Counted from the first letter of the stretch, positions 1 to 13,380 are shown. The stretch is DNA of 64,000 nucleotides from Parcubacteria bacterium C7867-005 (GCA_001189165.1 LFCO01000003.1:50769-114768); one strand, 5' to 3'. Notes: generated by a model from the letters alone, not told the origin. Made by a program: numbers and translations.

Positions 1-321
1 ACCGGGGAGCTCTACAATCAACCTCTCCTCCTTATTACCGGATAGTAGTCCTGATTTTTCAGTCTGAATAAGCGGTTCAGAAACACCGAAGATGTTTATT
101 CTGCGTTCTATTACTTCCTTCAAACTCTCCATCGCACCGTCTACATCCGTTGTTTTAGAAGTATCTGCTCTGTAAACAAGCTCTGTACCTCCGACCAGAT
201 CCAAACCAAACCTAAATGGGAACCTGGATTCAGGACGATTTTGCCTGACCAAGAAGTAGGCTAAAAGGGCAAACACTATTATTAGAATGATGGATGCCCA
301 GAGGTGCTTTCGGCCTTGCAT
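1..321 (-). CDS. secD: Protein translocase subunit SecD, N-terminal fragment (gene continues beyond window start)
   Basis: Reverse-strand translation from ATG at 319-321 gives a TM helix followed by FRFGLDLVGGTELVY, the conserved SecD periplasmic start motif; not in ORF track because it runs off the window edge. Confidence 0.55.
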   Translation of the reverse strand, partial: MQGRKHLWASIILIIVFALLAYFLVRQNRPESRFPFRFGLDLVGGTELVYRADTSKTTDVDGAMESLKEVIERRINIFGVSEPLIQTEKSGLLSGNKEERLIVELPG

Positions 322-366
322 TATAGGGGCATTATACAGATTGATTTAATTCGAGCAAAGTACACT

Positions 367-1716
367 CTATTTACCCGCTCTAGAGAGGAGGGTTCGTACT
401 GTTCGAAGTGCGATGCGGAGATCGAGGAGGAATGATCTATTTTTGATGTAATAAAGATCATAGGAAAGTTTGTTTTTGGTTTCGAGTATATCTATAGAGT
501 GGTGAGGGTGCCCTTCATGGTAGATCTGTGCCCAGCCCGATAAACCTGGTTTGATAATATGCCTTACATTATAGAAAGGAATCTCCCCCATATACTGCTT
601 CACTGGATCAGGGAATTCTGGTCTTGGACCTATGAGAGAGATGTTGCCCACGATAACATTCCATAGTTGGGGTAGTTCGTCTATTCGACTATTTCGAAGA
701 AAAGCACCTACACGTGTCACCTTATTCTCAACACCACCCCACTTACCATCATCATTGGCTTTGGTCATGGTTCTAAACTTGATGATCTTTACGATTTTAT
801 TATTCTGGCCAACTCTATTCTGAAAACTAAACAAATCTCCACCATCGTCTAGTTTGATAGCGATAAATACAAATGGATAAATAATGAGCGACAAAATACC
901 TAACACCAGAGATATAGACACGTCCATCATCCGTTTGAGCATGTCATAAGCAACACGCGGTGAGGTAGAGACGTTTTCCAAAAACCAATTATATTTTATA
1001 AGAGAAAGAGGAACACGATCGAAGATGTCTTCATACATCTTGTGCATATCCACAAAATTTATATTCGAGAAAATTAGTTTATAGAAATATGGCAAAACTG
1101 GCTCTACTTCGGGGTGATTCAGGTCTATCACGACCAGAGAAACATCCTCGCTGTAGACGGTGGAAACAATTTCATCTAGAACATTTTTATCTCTAGTCTT
1201 GTCTAAATCTACCGAAGAAACAAAGTGGATATTATAAAGCGGTTGATTATTTATTTCTTCAAAGAGCCCCTTCATCTCTTCCCCACCGCCGATGATAACC
1301 GCATTGATAGGAGTCCTATTGCCCAAGAGAAAATACAGATAGGCTCTCCAAAACAAAACTACTCCAAAAGAGATTATGAGGTAGATAAATAGAACAGTTT
1401 TTGGCGTGATACCAAAATAAGGTACCAAATAGAAGAAAAGAACCGCCAAACCAGAATTAACTATCTGGGTGTTAAACAAAAGACCGGGGAGCCTCGAACG
1501 CAGGATGAGGGTCTGCTTCTCGTACAAACCAGCGACATAAAAAACCGACACCCAGATTATAAAAATCAGACCAAATGGGCCAAGGTGCGAGAGTAATACT
1601 TCTTTAGATGGTACCTCTAAATTTCTGATGGCCAAAGCTACAAACAAAGACAGGATAAAAAAGAAGATGTCACCAAAGAGGAGGATAAGCGGTCCTTTCC
1701 GTCTGAGAGAATTCAT
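367..1716 (-). CDS. Polyprenyl-phosphate glycosylphosphotransferase (bacterial sugar transferase, WbaP/WcaJ-like)
   Basis: 449 aa; multiple N-terminal TM helices, CoA-binding-like middle region, C-terminal bacterial sugar transferase domain (KFRTM...DELPQLWNVIVGNISLIGPRP). Confidence 0.8.
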   Translation of the reverse strand: MNSLRRKGPLILLFGDIFFFILSLFVALAIRNLEVPSKEVLLSHLGPFGLIFIIWVSVFYVAGLYEKQTLILRSRLPGLLFNTQIVNSGLAVLFFYLVPYFGITPKTVLFIYLIISFGVVLFWRAYLYFLLGNRTPINAVIIGGGEEMKGLFEEINNQPLYNIHFVSSVDLDKTRDKNVLDEIVSTVYSEDVSLVVIDLNHPEVEPVLPYFYKLIFSNINFVDMHKMYEDIFDRVPLSLIKYNWFLENVSTSPRVAYDMLKRMMDVSISLVLGILSLIIYPFVFIAIKLDDGGDLFSFQNRVGQNNKIVKIIKFRTMTKANDDGKWGGVENKVTRVGAFLRNSRIDELPQLWNVIVGNISLIGPRPEFPDPVKQYMGEIPFYNVRHIIKPGLSGWAQIYHEGHPHHSIDILETKNKLSYDLYYIKNRSFLLDLRIALRTVRTLLSRAGK

Positions 1717-1757
1717 TTACCGTGCATTATACACCAAAATCCATATAATGGCTATAT

Positions 1758-2855
1758 ATGAACACTTCCTCACCAAAACGAGTTCTATTTGGCATCACCA
1801 AATCAAATTTTGGCGGTGCACAAAGATATGTCTTTGACCTCGCACTTCGAGCAAGAGATATGGGACACCAGGTGACTGTCTTATGCGGTGGCAATGGAGA
1901 ATTAGTTGAGAAACTCAGATCTTCAAGTATTCGGGTGGTAAATATACCGATGTTTGGCCGGGACTTCTCTTGGTTATCCGACCTTCAATCATTGTTTTTT
2001 ATTATCAAAACTGTGGCAAGAGAAAGGCCGGATGTATTTCACATAAATAGTGCCAAGATGGGAGGTGCGGGTATATTTGCAGGACGACTGCTTAGAGTCC
2101 CTAAAATAATATTCACCGCCCATGGCTGGGCCTTCAACGAAAACCGATCCTGGATATCTAAAATATTTATAAAATTTTTATCCTGGCTCACTATCCTGGG
2201 TTCTCATCAAACAATCGCAGTATCAGAAAAAACCAGAAGGGATATCTCGAACTGGCCATTTATCAAAAGTAAAATAATAGTAATCAAGAATGGTATAAGT
2301 AAATTTGAATTAATTGAACGTACAAATCAAACTTTTACCGTTGGGACGATAGCTGAACTCCACCACATAAAGGGACTCGATGTACTCCTGAAAGCTTGGA
2401 GTAGATTCGTAGATAAACACAGGGATGTAAGACTGGTGATCATCGGAGATGGGGAGGAAAAACAAAATCTATTTAATTTGGCTCAAAGTTTAGGGATATC
2501 AAGTTCGGTCTCTTTCGAGGGATTTGTAGAGAATGCTAAATCTCATCTTTCACTATTTGATATCTTTGTGCTTCCCTCTCGTTCAGAGGCTATGCCATAT
2601 GCATTATTAGAAGCAGGAGTTGCTTCTCTGCCTGTTATCGCTTGTGCGGTCGGGGGGATACCAGAAGTTATAGAACACGGGAAATCTGGTCTGCTTATAA
2701 AACCCAACAACCCAGACGAACTGACTGAATCACTGGACAAACTAAAAGAAAATGAGAGTTTAAGAAAAGAACTGGGTGAACGTCTACATGAAAAAGTGAT
2801 TAAAGATTTTTCTGTAGAAAAGATGGTACGTGATACACTAAAACTGTATGTTTAG
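1758..2855 (+). CDS. Glycosyltransferase family 4 (GT-B, group 1)
   Basis: 365 aa; C-terminal EAGVASLPVIACAVGGIPEVI...GLL motif typical of GT4 retaining glycosyltransferases. Confidence 0.8.
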   Translation: MNTSSPKRVLFGITKSNFGGAQRYVFDLALRARDMGHQVTVLCGGNGELVEKLRSSSIRVVNIPMFGRDFSWLSDLQSLFFIIKTVARERPDVFHINSAKMGGAGIFAGRLLRVPKIIFTAHGWAFNENRSWISKIFIKFLSWLTILGSHQTIAVSEKTRRDISNWPFIKSKIIVIKNGISKFELIERTNQTFTVGTIAELHHIKGLDVLLKAWSRFVDKHRDVRLVIIGDGEEKQNLFNLAQSLGISSSVSFEGFVENAKSHLSLFDIFVLPSRSEAMPYALLEAGVASLPVIACAVGGIPEVIEHGKSGLLIKPNNPDELTESLDKLKENESLRKELGERLHEKVIKDFSVEKMVRDTLKLYV

Positions 2856-3306
2856 AAACACCCTCGACCGAGTTGATGCAAACATCATAAACTTTCTACG
2901 CAAGATTTCTTTCCCTATGGCGAGATTCGCTTTATTCTTGGTCTTCTTTTGGTTTGGATTTCTGAAGATAATAGACACCAGTCCAGCTGGGCCGATGGTC
3001 GTGTCACTCCTCGACCGAACTATGCCTTTTATTGCACCCGATACTTTTATGGTCTTCTTTGGTATTTTTGAAGTGATCATCGGCATCACTTTCATCATCC
3101 CCAAACTCGAGAGGCTGGCCATCGCACTTTTGGTGCCACACCTTATATCTACTGTTCTACCACTATTCCTGCTTCAAAGTATGACTTGGACCAGTATGTT
3201 TGTACCCACATTGGAAGGTCAATACATCATCAAAAATATCTTGATCATAGCTGTGGCCATCAGCCTCGCTGCCCATCTACATCCTCTTAAAACAAGATTG
3301 AATTAG
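2848..3306 (+). CDS. Hypothetical small integral membrane protein
   Basis: 152 aa, 4 predicted TM helices, 8-bp overlap with upstream GT4 gene. Confidence 0.4.
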   Translation: MFRNTLDRVDANIINFLRKISFPMARFALFLVFFWFGFLKIIDTSPAGPMVVSLLDRTMPFIAPDTFMVFFGIFEVIIGITFIIPKLERLAIALLVPHLISTVLPLFLLQSMTWTSMFVPTLEGQYIIKNILIIAVAISLAAHLHPLKTRLN

Positions 3307-3308
3307 TT

Positions 3309-4421
3309 CTAAATCCTCGGACCATTTGAGTGACCACTCATACTGGACAACATCCCTAAAGCAAACCACTCTGTCAAAAGATGTGATCCTCCATAGCTCA
3401 TAAACGGAAAAGTGATCCCCGTCACAGGCAAGACACCCATATTCATACCAGCATGGATGATGATGTGCACGGTGAACAAGATCGCCAGGCCTAAACCAAA
3501 AAGTGATTCGAAATTCGCTGGGGCAAATTGCGCACTATTCACAATTCTGAATAACAAGAGAATACACAGAAACAGGAGGAGGCATGTACCAACCAAACCC
3601 CATTCTTCAGCAAAGGAAGCGAAGATAAAGTCTGTCTGGAACTCTGGTAGAAACCTGAGTTTGGATTGACTGCCCTCTCCGATACCCTTACCAAAAACTT
3701 CTCCTGAACCAACGGCCACCGTGGATTGGTAGGCGTTGTATCCACTGCCGGTGATATTCGCAAGTGGGTGGAGGAAGTTAGCGATACGCGCTTTTTGATA
3801 TGGGGCGAAGACGAAGAACCACATTATCACGGTGACTATCGCACCGAGACCGATGACCAGTGCCAGATGCTTTTTGGATATACCAGAGACGAGGAGCATC
3901 CCAAACCAGATCGCAAAGATGATGACTGCCCCACCAAAATCGGGCTGTAAGAACACTAATAAAAAAACGATCAAAGCATAAATACCAGAGACAATGATGT
4001 GCTTGATATTCGCTATCTCTATATGTCTCCTGGAAAAATACTTGGCCAACATGAGAATGGTCACAAGCTTTGCAGGGTCAGATGGTTGAAAAGCAAAAAA
4101 GCCAAAATCAAACCAGCTTTGTGCTCCTTTGACCACTTGTCCGAGGCCAAACAAAAGCAAAAGTACGAAAACCATAATAAAAAATACAGTCATGAGGATT
4201 CTGGTTTGTCTTAGAAACCTCCAGTCGACGGCGCTCGCAAACACGAACGCCAACACAGATAAAAGTATCCAGATGGCTTGTTTAGAAAAAAATGAATGAT
4301 CGACGGAGAAAGAATTCATGGTGATCAAACCAAACAAAGATATGAGCATGGCTGGTACAAAGAGGTACCAATCGATCCGGATGCGCTCTCCGAATGTTTT
4401 AAAAAGTGAAACTAAACTCAT
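3309..4421 (-). CDS. SEDS-family peptidoglycan glycosyltransferase (FtsW/RodA/SpoVE)
   Basis: 370 aa polytopic membrane protein; C-terminal FtsW/RodA signature (EFQTDFIFASFAEEWG ... FPFMSYGGSHLL). Confidence 0.85.
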   Translation of the reverse strand: MSLVSLFKTFGERIRIDWYLFVPAMLISLFGLITMNSFSVDHSFFSKQAIWILLSVLAFVFASAVDWRFLRQTRILMTVFFIMVFVLLLLFGLGQVVKGAQSWFDFGFFAFQPSDPAKLVTILMLAKYFSRRHIEIANIKHIIVSGIYALIVFLLVFLQPDFGGAVIIFAIWFGMLLVSGISKKHLALVIGLGAIVTVIMWFFVFAPYQKARIANFLHPLANITGSGYNAYQSTVAVGSGEVFGKGIGEGSQSKLRFLPEFQTDFIFASFAEEWGLVGTCLLLFLCILLLFRIVNSAQFAPANFESLFGLGLAILFTVHIIIHAGMNMGVLPVTGITFPFMSYGGSHLLTEWFALGMLSSMSGHSNGPRI

Positions 4422-5227
4422 TTGATGAAACTTCGATCTGGTAAAATTCTGAGGAAAATTTCTGCTACATTTGTAGGATTAACAAAACCACTATTCCAAA
4501 CAAAAACCAACGGAGTAAATGCTCCTGGGTCTATGCTGTCTACGAATGTTTTCCCAGCTGTCACCACGTTACCACTTGGATCTGAAACCACCGCCACTAA
4601 CTCTATATTCGAAACTGCTGACAAAGATTTATTCAGCAGCCGGGCATCTAACCTCGCAGAAGTAGTCGCCCCTGAAAGTGTGATGTTTTCTATGGCTAAA
4701 TCAGGAGTGACGCGCTCATCTTTCTGCCAAACCAAAGTGTCTTCTGACCAAGCGAAGGTTGCTCTGGTGGGTATCGCATCTTCGAATACATACGGACCTT
4801 CGAATATGGCAAATGTAGAAGATTTGGGGACAAAAGTTTTACCGAGGATTGTCTTGATAGGGACAGAACTCGAGGCGTTAAAATATTTTATGGTGTATTC
4901 GGCTCTATTGATCATCCCATAAACATTTGGATTCTCTAGATTTATTAGTGTGACAAAAGTTTTATCACTAACTCTTATTAGCCTTGGATCGCCCTTGGAT
5001 ATCACTGGTAGAGATTCTGCAGGGCAGATCAAACTGCACGAACCACCACAATCCACTCCTGACTCATCCCCATTTCTTCTTTGGTCAAAACATGTTGGTT
5101 TTTGATGTAGAAAAAAATACAAAGGTAAACCAACTACGACAATCAAAAAGATGAGAACGATGGATAAAATAATCCTCTTCCTGCGTATAGACCATTGATT
5201 CATAAGAATAATTATAGCAAAAAACAC
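4418..5227 (-). CDS. Hypothetical membrane-anchored protein
   Basis: 269 aa, single N-terminal TM, Cys cluster (DCGGSCSLICP); 4-bp overlap with downstream SEDS gene suggests co-transcription. Confidence 0.45.
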   Translation of the reverse strand: MFFAIIILMNQWSIRRKRIILSIVLIFLIVVVGLPLYFFLHQKPTCFDQRRNGDESGVDCGGSCSLICPAESLPVISKGDPRLIRVSDKTFVTLINLENPNVYGMINRAEYTIKYFNASSSVPIKTILGKTFVPKSSTFAIFEGPYVFEDAIPTRATFAWSEDTLVWQKDERVTPDLAIENITLSGATTSARLDARLLNKSLSAVSNIELVAVVSDPSGNVVTAGKTFVDSIDPGAFTPLVFVWNSGFVNPTNVAEIFLRILPDRSFIK

Positions 5228-5250
5228 CGACTTAGGCGGTGTTTTTTGTT
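5221..5250 (-). terminator. Rho-independent terminator downstream of 5S rRNA
   Basis: GC hairpin (acaccg...cggtgt) followed by T-tract on the minus strand immediately after the 5S 3' end. Confidence 0.5.
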
Positions 5251-5260
5251 TTGAAAACTT

Positions 5261-5370
5261 AGTTCTGGCGACTAGCTACTTTCCCCCATAGGAGTATCAT
5301 CGCCTCAACAAGGCTTAACTTCCGTGTTCGGAATGAGAACGGGTGTGACCCTTGCGACAAATCACCAGAA
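5261..5370 (-). rRNA. rrf: 5S ribosomal RNA
   Basis: Reverse complement reads gttctggtgatttgtcgcaagggtcacacccgttctcattccgaacacggaagttaagcc...cgccagaac with paired termini, matching canonical bacterial 5S loop motifs (CCGAACACGGAAGTTAAG). Confidence 0.85.
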
Positions 5371-5535
5371 CTAAACTTTCAAATACATACAAAAAAACCG
5401 ACTGGAAACATTTTATCTTTTTGTTTTGGAAAATAAACACCAAATGGTTTGATCCCATTTAGCAGAACAGAGCATCCACATCAGACAACTGCAAGCAGTG
5501 GACATCTGATATGGGTTTGTGATTTCTAAATTTCC

Positions 5536-8455
<2,920 letters not shown>

Positions 8456-8961
8456 TTAGGAAATTTAAAAACCACTTACTTTTACTTCGCTCACGAATAA
8501 ATTCGCGAGACGAAGGAGTGCCGAGTTTGCACCGTCCAGTGCAAACTCGACCTGCTCTGTTCTGCTAAATGAAATCAATCATTTAGCAATTTATTTTCCT
8601 GCCCACCTCCATGTGTTTAAAGACCCCAAAACACCCTCTCGCTTGCGCGAGAAAGTGTCCTGATTCCGTCTTGCGACGGAATCATGGAGACACACGTGGT
8701 GGAATTAAAATGTCAAAGTTCGGGCCCAAAAATGAAGACCTCCGCTTCTTTCAAAGCGGAGGTCTTTTGAGACCAAAGCTAGCCGTTTGGCTAGCTTTTT
8801 CGCTTTGAAGAATTAAGGTTTTTAAACATTTTTGGGTCTCCGTATCTTATCTTTTCTCTCTTTATCTGTCAACAAGCCCACCATTTCCCCTTTTTACCCC
8901 TTTTGGGTATATCCTCATGCTTATCCCTTGACGACATAATGACAGGGTATATGCTTAGGGT

Positions 8962-9837
8962 ATGAAGAAGAGTAGCAAGTACGGCATCCCCAGTCTCAAG
9001 CGAGAATTTCCTACTGATGAAGCCTGTCTGAATTTTATATATGATTCTCTACATTCACGTCTCTGTTCGTGCGGGGGTACATACTCCCTACTGAAAGGCC
9101 GAAGGCAGTTCCAATGTTCAAATTGCCGGTTTCAGATAGCTCCCTGTATTGGTACCATCTTTGAAAAATCACCCACTCCTCTCACCCTCTGGTTCCACGC
9201 AGTACTTGTATTCTCAAACGCCAAGAGTGGGATCTCTTCCAAGCAGATGCAGAGAGAATTAGAGGTTACCTACAAGTGCGCCTACCGGATGCTCAAGATG
9301 GTCCGGGAATCACTTTCTGATAATGGTGATCTGCTCAAGGGAGATGTAGAGGTAGATAGTTCAGTTTTCGGGGGCAAGTCTTACGGAGGAAAATACAATA
9401 AATATCAGAAACAGATGTTGAATAATAAGAGCATCGCTATTGCCGCTCTCGAGAGAGGGGGTAGGGCTCGAGTGAAAGTGATCCCGGCAGACAATACCCA
9501 GGTTCAGACAGACTTTGTGATTGATAACATCAATATGAAAGGCACGCGCCTACTGACAGACAAAACTTCTAGATTAGTTCGGGTTCATCGAATGGGGTAC
9601 GATCGCCACAGTGTGAACCATACGAAGCGAGAATACGCTCGAGGCGATATCCATATAAATACCGTAGAGACCTGGTGGGCCCATGTGAAGAGGAGTATCC
9701 TAGGAACCCATAAGAACGTCTCTAAGCGATACTTGCAGTCTTACTTGGACGCTTTCGCTTGGCACTATGGCATGAGGCACAACGACAGGCGCCGTTTCGA
9801 GGTTTTGATTGGTGCTGTATTGCGACCTTCAAAATAG
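8962..9837 (+). mobile_element. IS1595-family (ISXO2-like) DDE transposase gene
   Basis: 291 aa; N-terminal transposase zinc-ribbon (CSCGG...CSNCRF) followed by ISXO2-like DDE domain (LTLWFHAVLVFSNAKSGISSKQMQRELEVTYKCAYRMLKMVRE). Terminal inverted repeats could not be delimited by eye. Confidence 0.75.
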
Positions 9838-10619
9838 TGAGGAACTTCTGAAGATTCATTGTCCCCAGTATAACCTAGAAACATGCTTGCACTAGCAAAA
9901 TATGCTATAATCTCTGATGTTGATGGTATCAGCATCACGGGCGTTCCCAACTTCGTACTAGTCAACGAAGTAAAACGATAAAGAGATTGTGGACTGAGTG
10001 TGGGGTGTCTGGAAAATGCTAGACGTCCCAAAGGACGGCAGAGTAAGAAGACTTACTTTATCGGCCAGCTCCCCCGCCCTCAGTTCAGAACCTTGTTTAT
10101 CAAAGAACCCTTTATTCCCGATTTTCTTCGGTTGTGTTCAGTTAGGCAGCCTCTTGTTTCAAAAGTTTCCTCCCAAGAGACACGGAAGTCTCGGTGTTTG
10201 TGAGGAGGGCGCTTCGCTAACGGTCAGCGTCCCTCTTTCTCGGAAGAGAAGACCGTCAGTTTGTGGACTGAACAACACCACAAAAAATGTTTCAATGTGT
10301 CACTTCCTTCCGTCATTGGAGGAGCAAAAAGATCATCAGCGCAAGCGATTATGGTCTTAAGTGCTTCCCTATTGGCGGAGGTAAAAAGAAAAGAGCGGGT
10401 GGACCGCTCAGTTCTTCTAAGAAATCTTCTTAGTTTCTTTCTCAAGCATTCACCCCGAAAGGGGTGTTTGCTTTATGTATATTCTAGTCTCGGGCGATCC
10501 AGGTTCCTAGTAAAAACGTGGATAACCTGGGGAAGCCAGTATACGCCAATGATCCGGAGGGTCAAGCTCGCCTACCATTATGTGTTCAAGGGATAGGTGT
10601 GTATATCCTGTGGGTAACA

Positions 10620-10650
10620 AGAAACCCAAGGTTTTACCCTTGGGTTTACA
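10620..10650 (-). terminator. Putative terminator for GC-rich ORF 10669-11052
   Basis: Hairpin aaacccaagg-tttta-cccttgggttt followed by T-rich run on the minus strand. Confidence 0.4.
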
Positions 10651-10668
10651 CGTATACCGCCTACACCT

Positions 10669-11052
10669 TCAAGGATAGATCTTGGCGAAGATCTCCCTCT
10701 CGCTCGGAGTCATCGAAGCGAGCACTCGGGACCTAGCTGCCGTCTGGTTGTCGCCGAAGTCCACGACCGCTGTAGGCTCACTGACGAGGAAAACCGTTCC
10801 CCCATTCGTGAGCACTCGAACCATCGGCCCTTCATACTCGACCGAATCCGGCGCCGAGTCGATCAAGCGATCGAGGATCGAGCCGTCTTCGTAGAACCCG
10901 AGGAGCTCTTTCGCTCCCGCTTTCCGATCACGCCTGACGATCTCCATGAGATCCATCGGCATGAAGAACGGAGTGCGAAACGTCGGGTCAGCAATAACTC
11001 TACGGATGTTTCGCTCGAGCAGTTCGCGGTCCTTCTTACTGATTTCGCTCAC
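10669..11052 (-). CDS. Hypothetical protein, GC-rich (atypical composition)
   Basis: 127 aa ORF with markedly higher GC than flanking DNA; no recognisable motif. Confidence 0.4.
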   Translation of the reverse strand: MSEISKKDRELLERNIRRVIADPTFRTPFFMPMDLMEIVRRDRKAGAKELLGFYEDGSILDRLIDSAPDSVEYEGPMVRVLTNGGTVFLVSEPTAVVDFGDNQTAARSRVLASMTPSEREIFAKIYP

Positions 11053-11176
11053 GGTCTCCTCTCTATGGGGGTCAGCAGCAAATTCAAAAACTTAGTCCAG
11101 AAACAACCCTACTCTCTTCATTAAAAAAGTAAAGCTTCTGGACACCAATCCTTTTGTCTCCCAACCCACCCATGGT

Positions 11177-11199
11177 GTGTCAACCTGCCAGGTTGACAC
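11177..11199. repeat. 23-bp perfect palindrome GTGTCAACCTGCCAGGTTGACAC, copy 1 (REP-like)
   Basis: Exact sequence shared with copies at 13400 and 14080; followed by GGGG as in copy 3. Confidence 0.9.
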
Positions 11200-11240
11200 G
11201 GGGATGGTAGATAAATAAGAAACGCCCCATTTCAGGAGCG

Positions 11241-11729
11241 TTAGACAGAGAGGTCAGGGAGATGCTTGAACCTCACGAGAACAGCCTCCCCACTCTCGAC
11301 CAAGAAATTCATGGGGAGAAGCTGTTGGGCATGCAGGAAATCTGGTTCCCTGCCAGACCGACGGAAGTGCACCGCCGTGACCTTGCCATCACCAGATGAG
11401 CGATGGTCAGAATACATCAGTATGGCGGGACAATTGTGATCCGTGTCCAGACCATAAAGCTCTCCGTGACGACCGGTCAGGTGGGCGAACTCGAGAAAGA
11501 CCGTCTCGAACTCACCGTACGTCAACTCGATTCGCACCCCGTACTTGGCACACAGATACCAGACCACGTCTTCGAGCATCCATACTAGCATCAGAGCTTC
11601 GAGCTGATCCCGCGTGAGCAAAGCGATGTACTGTTCACGAGTGATCCCGCCTTCTCGCTTCGGTGTCTGCATTGTAGCCCCGGTTGAGTGAGATTGAATT
11701 GAGAGTTTGTACCTAAATCCATCCCCCAC
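11241..11729 (-). CDS. Hypothetical protein, GC-rich
   Basis: 162 aa ORF between palindrome copies 1 and 2; atypical GC; no recognisable motif. Confidence 0.4.
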   Translation of the reverse strand: MGDGFRYKLSIQSHSTGATMQTPKREGGITREQYIALLTRDQLEALMLVWMLEDVVWYLCAKYGVRIELTYGEFETVFLEFAHLTGRHGELYGLDTDHNCPAILMYSDHRSSGDGKVTAVHFRRSGREPDFLHAQQLLPMNFLVESGEAVLVRFKHLPDLSV

Positions 11730-11777
11730 CCTACCGATTTATAAAAAATTGTAAAGAAGAACACTCCCAAAGGAGTG

Positions 11778-12170
11778 CTAGAGAAAGAGTAGGAAACCAC
11801 TCGCATAAGCGACAGCCCACGTGGGCAAGAAAACCCACTTGGCGAACTTGATGTGCTGATCTCTGTAGAGCCACCTCTCGTATGGCCATCCCCACTTGGC
11901 ATGGTATCCCAAGTAGGCCTGGAAGAAAAAGAGGCCGATCGCGGAAAGAGACAGAACCGTGTGAAGCTGGACCCAGACAGAGACACGGGACAGACTCACA
12001 CCATCCTGACTGATCACCACCATCAGGTACGTCGCATACATGTCAGCGACGAAGCCAGATATGGCGAGCACGACATGTGAAGCCCAGCTCCGCCTGGCGA
12101 TGAAGAACGCCGTGAGGTATAGCGCGAGCGCCACGGTCATCCACAGTTCGATCTGATGTCTGACTTCCAT
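11778..12170 (-). CDS. Hypothetical integral membrane protein, GC-rich
   Basis: 130 aa, 4 predicted TM helices; atypical GC. Confidence 0.45.
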   Translation of the reverse strand: MEVRHQIELWMTVALALYLTAFFIARRSWASHVVLAISGFVADMYATYLMVVISQDGVSLSRVSVWVQLHTVLSLSAIGLFFFQAYLGYHAKWGWPYERWLYRDQHIKFAKWVFLPTWAVAYASGFLLFL

Positions 12171-12284
12171 CTGCCTAACCCCCGGTTGGTTGAATTGTTA
12201 GAACTCCGTCCACTACCCTACCTTCTTATCCCAAAAAGTAAAGCCATTATTTCAATCTTAGAATATTGAATGTCCCACAAAAGA

Positions 12285-13094
12285 CTACTCTTTATCAACA
12301 CAGGCTGCTTGATCAGTCGTGCAGGCAAGTTTTTTATTTTTGCCACATGCACCAGATCTTTTAAAGAGATTTTTTCCACATGCCAAGTAAGTATTCTCGT
12401 TATAATTCTCGACCGTCCAATTAAAAGTCATATTACTATTAATGAATGTCTTGCACTGCCTTTGGTCAAAATCTGTCATTAGGTCGTTTTCACAATCATC
12501 TAGAGCAGCGTAGTGCTTTGCAATAGTCGAAATTGTTTTGTTTTTAAGTTTTTTATTTTTGTTTTGAGCGGGTTCAGTTTTTGGTAAATAGTAGTTGGTT
12601 AATGTTAAATCAACCATTTTTCGAAGAAGTCTCTTACAATTATTTTCATTGACCTGCTCGAGCAAAGAGCTATTGCATTTTTTACTTTCATACTTATCTT
12701 TAACTTTTATATACTCAGGGTTTTTTTCATAATTTTCTCCACCAGAAAAGTGCTGATCAGTGTCCACTAAGGGCGAGAAAGGTCCGTTACGGATTGTTGG
12801 GGTACTTGGCACGTAATGTTTAAAACTATCCAGGGAAGAGTTGCGGTAATTATCTAGATACGTCGAAGAATTTCCGGGGGCAATTTTATTTGTGTACGGA
12901 TTAATATTTCCTGGATAACTCCAATTATTATAGGGGCTACTATCTGGATCTGAGCGATAGTGTGGTTCAACATAAGTGCCATTTTTCCTGTAATAACCCC
13001 TTACACTTACGGCTGCATCTACGACCATAGGTAGGTAGGAAAAAAACACCAGTAGAACCAAGCTTAGTAGAAAAGATCGTTTTAGTGATGTCAT
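12285..13094 (-). CDS. Hypothetical secreted Cys-containing protein
   Basis: 269 aa; N-terminal signal peptide (LLSLVLLVFFSYLPMVVDAAVS), Tyr/Asn/Pro-rich N-terminal half, Cys-rich C-terminus; AT-rich like host genome. Confidence 0.5.
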   Translation of the reverse strand: MTSLKRSFLLSLVLLVFFSYLPMVVDAAVSVRGYYRKNGTYVEPHYRSDPDSSPYNNWSYPGNINPYTNKIAPGNSSTYLDNYRNSSLDSFKHYVPSTPTIRNGPFSPLVDTDQHFSGGENYEKNPEYIKVKDKYESKKCNSSLLEQVNENNCKRLLRKMVDLTLTNYYLPKTEPAQNKNKKLKNKTISTIAKHYAALDDCENDLMTDFDQRQCKTFINSNMTFNWTVENYNENTYLACGKNLFKRSGACGKNKKLACTTDQAACVDKE

Positions 13095-13380
13095 ATTGTA
13101 AATACTGTTTATAATTTACTCTGTCAGGAAAATAAAGCAACTCTACCTGAATCAGCCCCCTGCAAGTCATACATGATCTCATTTATGACCACTTGTGCGT
13201 TAGAGGTAGTTGGAGAAAAAACTATTAGTACTAGAACAAAGAGAGTTCTAGTAGTTTGCACGTATATGGTATATCGCAGCTAGGCTAAGTATAAGAATGA
13301 AGATAAAGCTAAGGAAAAATTTGAAGAAAGCTTTATCGAAATATTTCATAACTTAATATAACCACAAAAACTCTGAGTAA

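Noticed and set aside
8600-8810. Two terminator-like hairpins (agacctccgc...gcggaggtct; aagctagccgtttggctagctt) in the 23S upstream spacer and a 65-aa ORF
   Set aside because: Real hairpins but no gene to terminate on either side in a sensible orientation; may be relics of the displaced spacer; ORF has no support.
10000-10596. Plus-strand ORFs of 67-120 aa in the region after the IS1595 transposase
   Set aside because: Overlapping, cross a sharp GC transition, no start context, region is hairpin-dense; more likely non-coding.
9840-10668. Group II intron or retron ncRNA interpretation of the hairpin-rich region
   Set aside because: No recognisable domain V (GAGCxGTATG...) or adjacent intron-encoded RT; the only RT in the window is the DGR RT 18 kb away.
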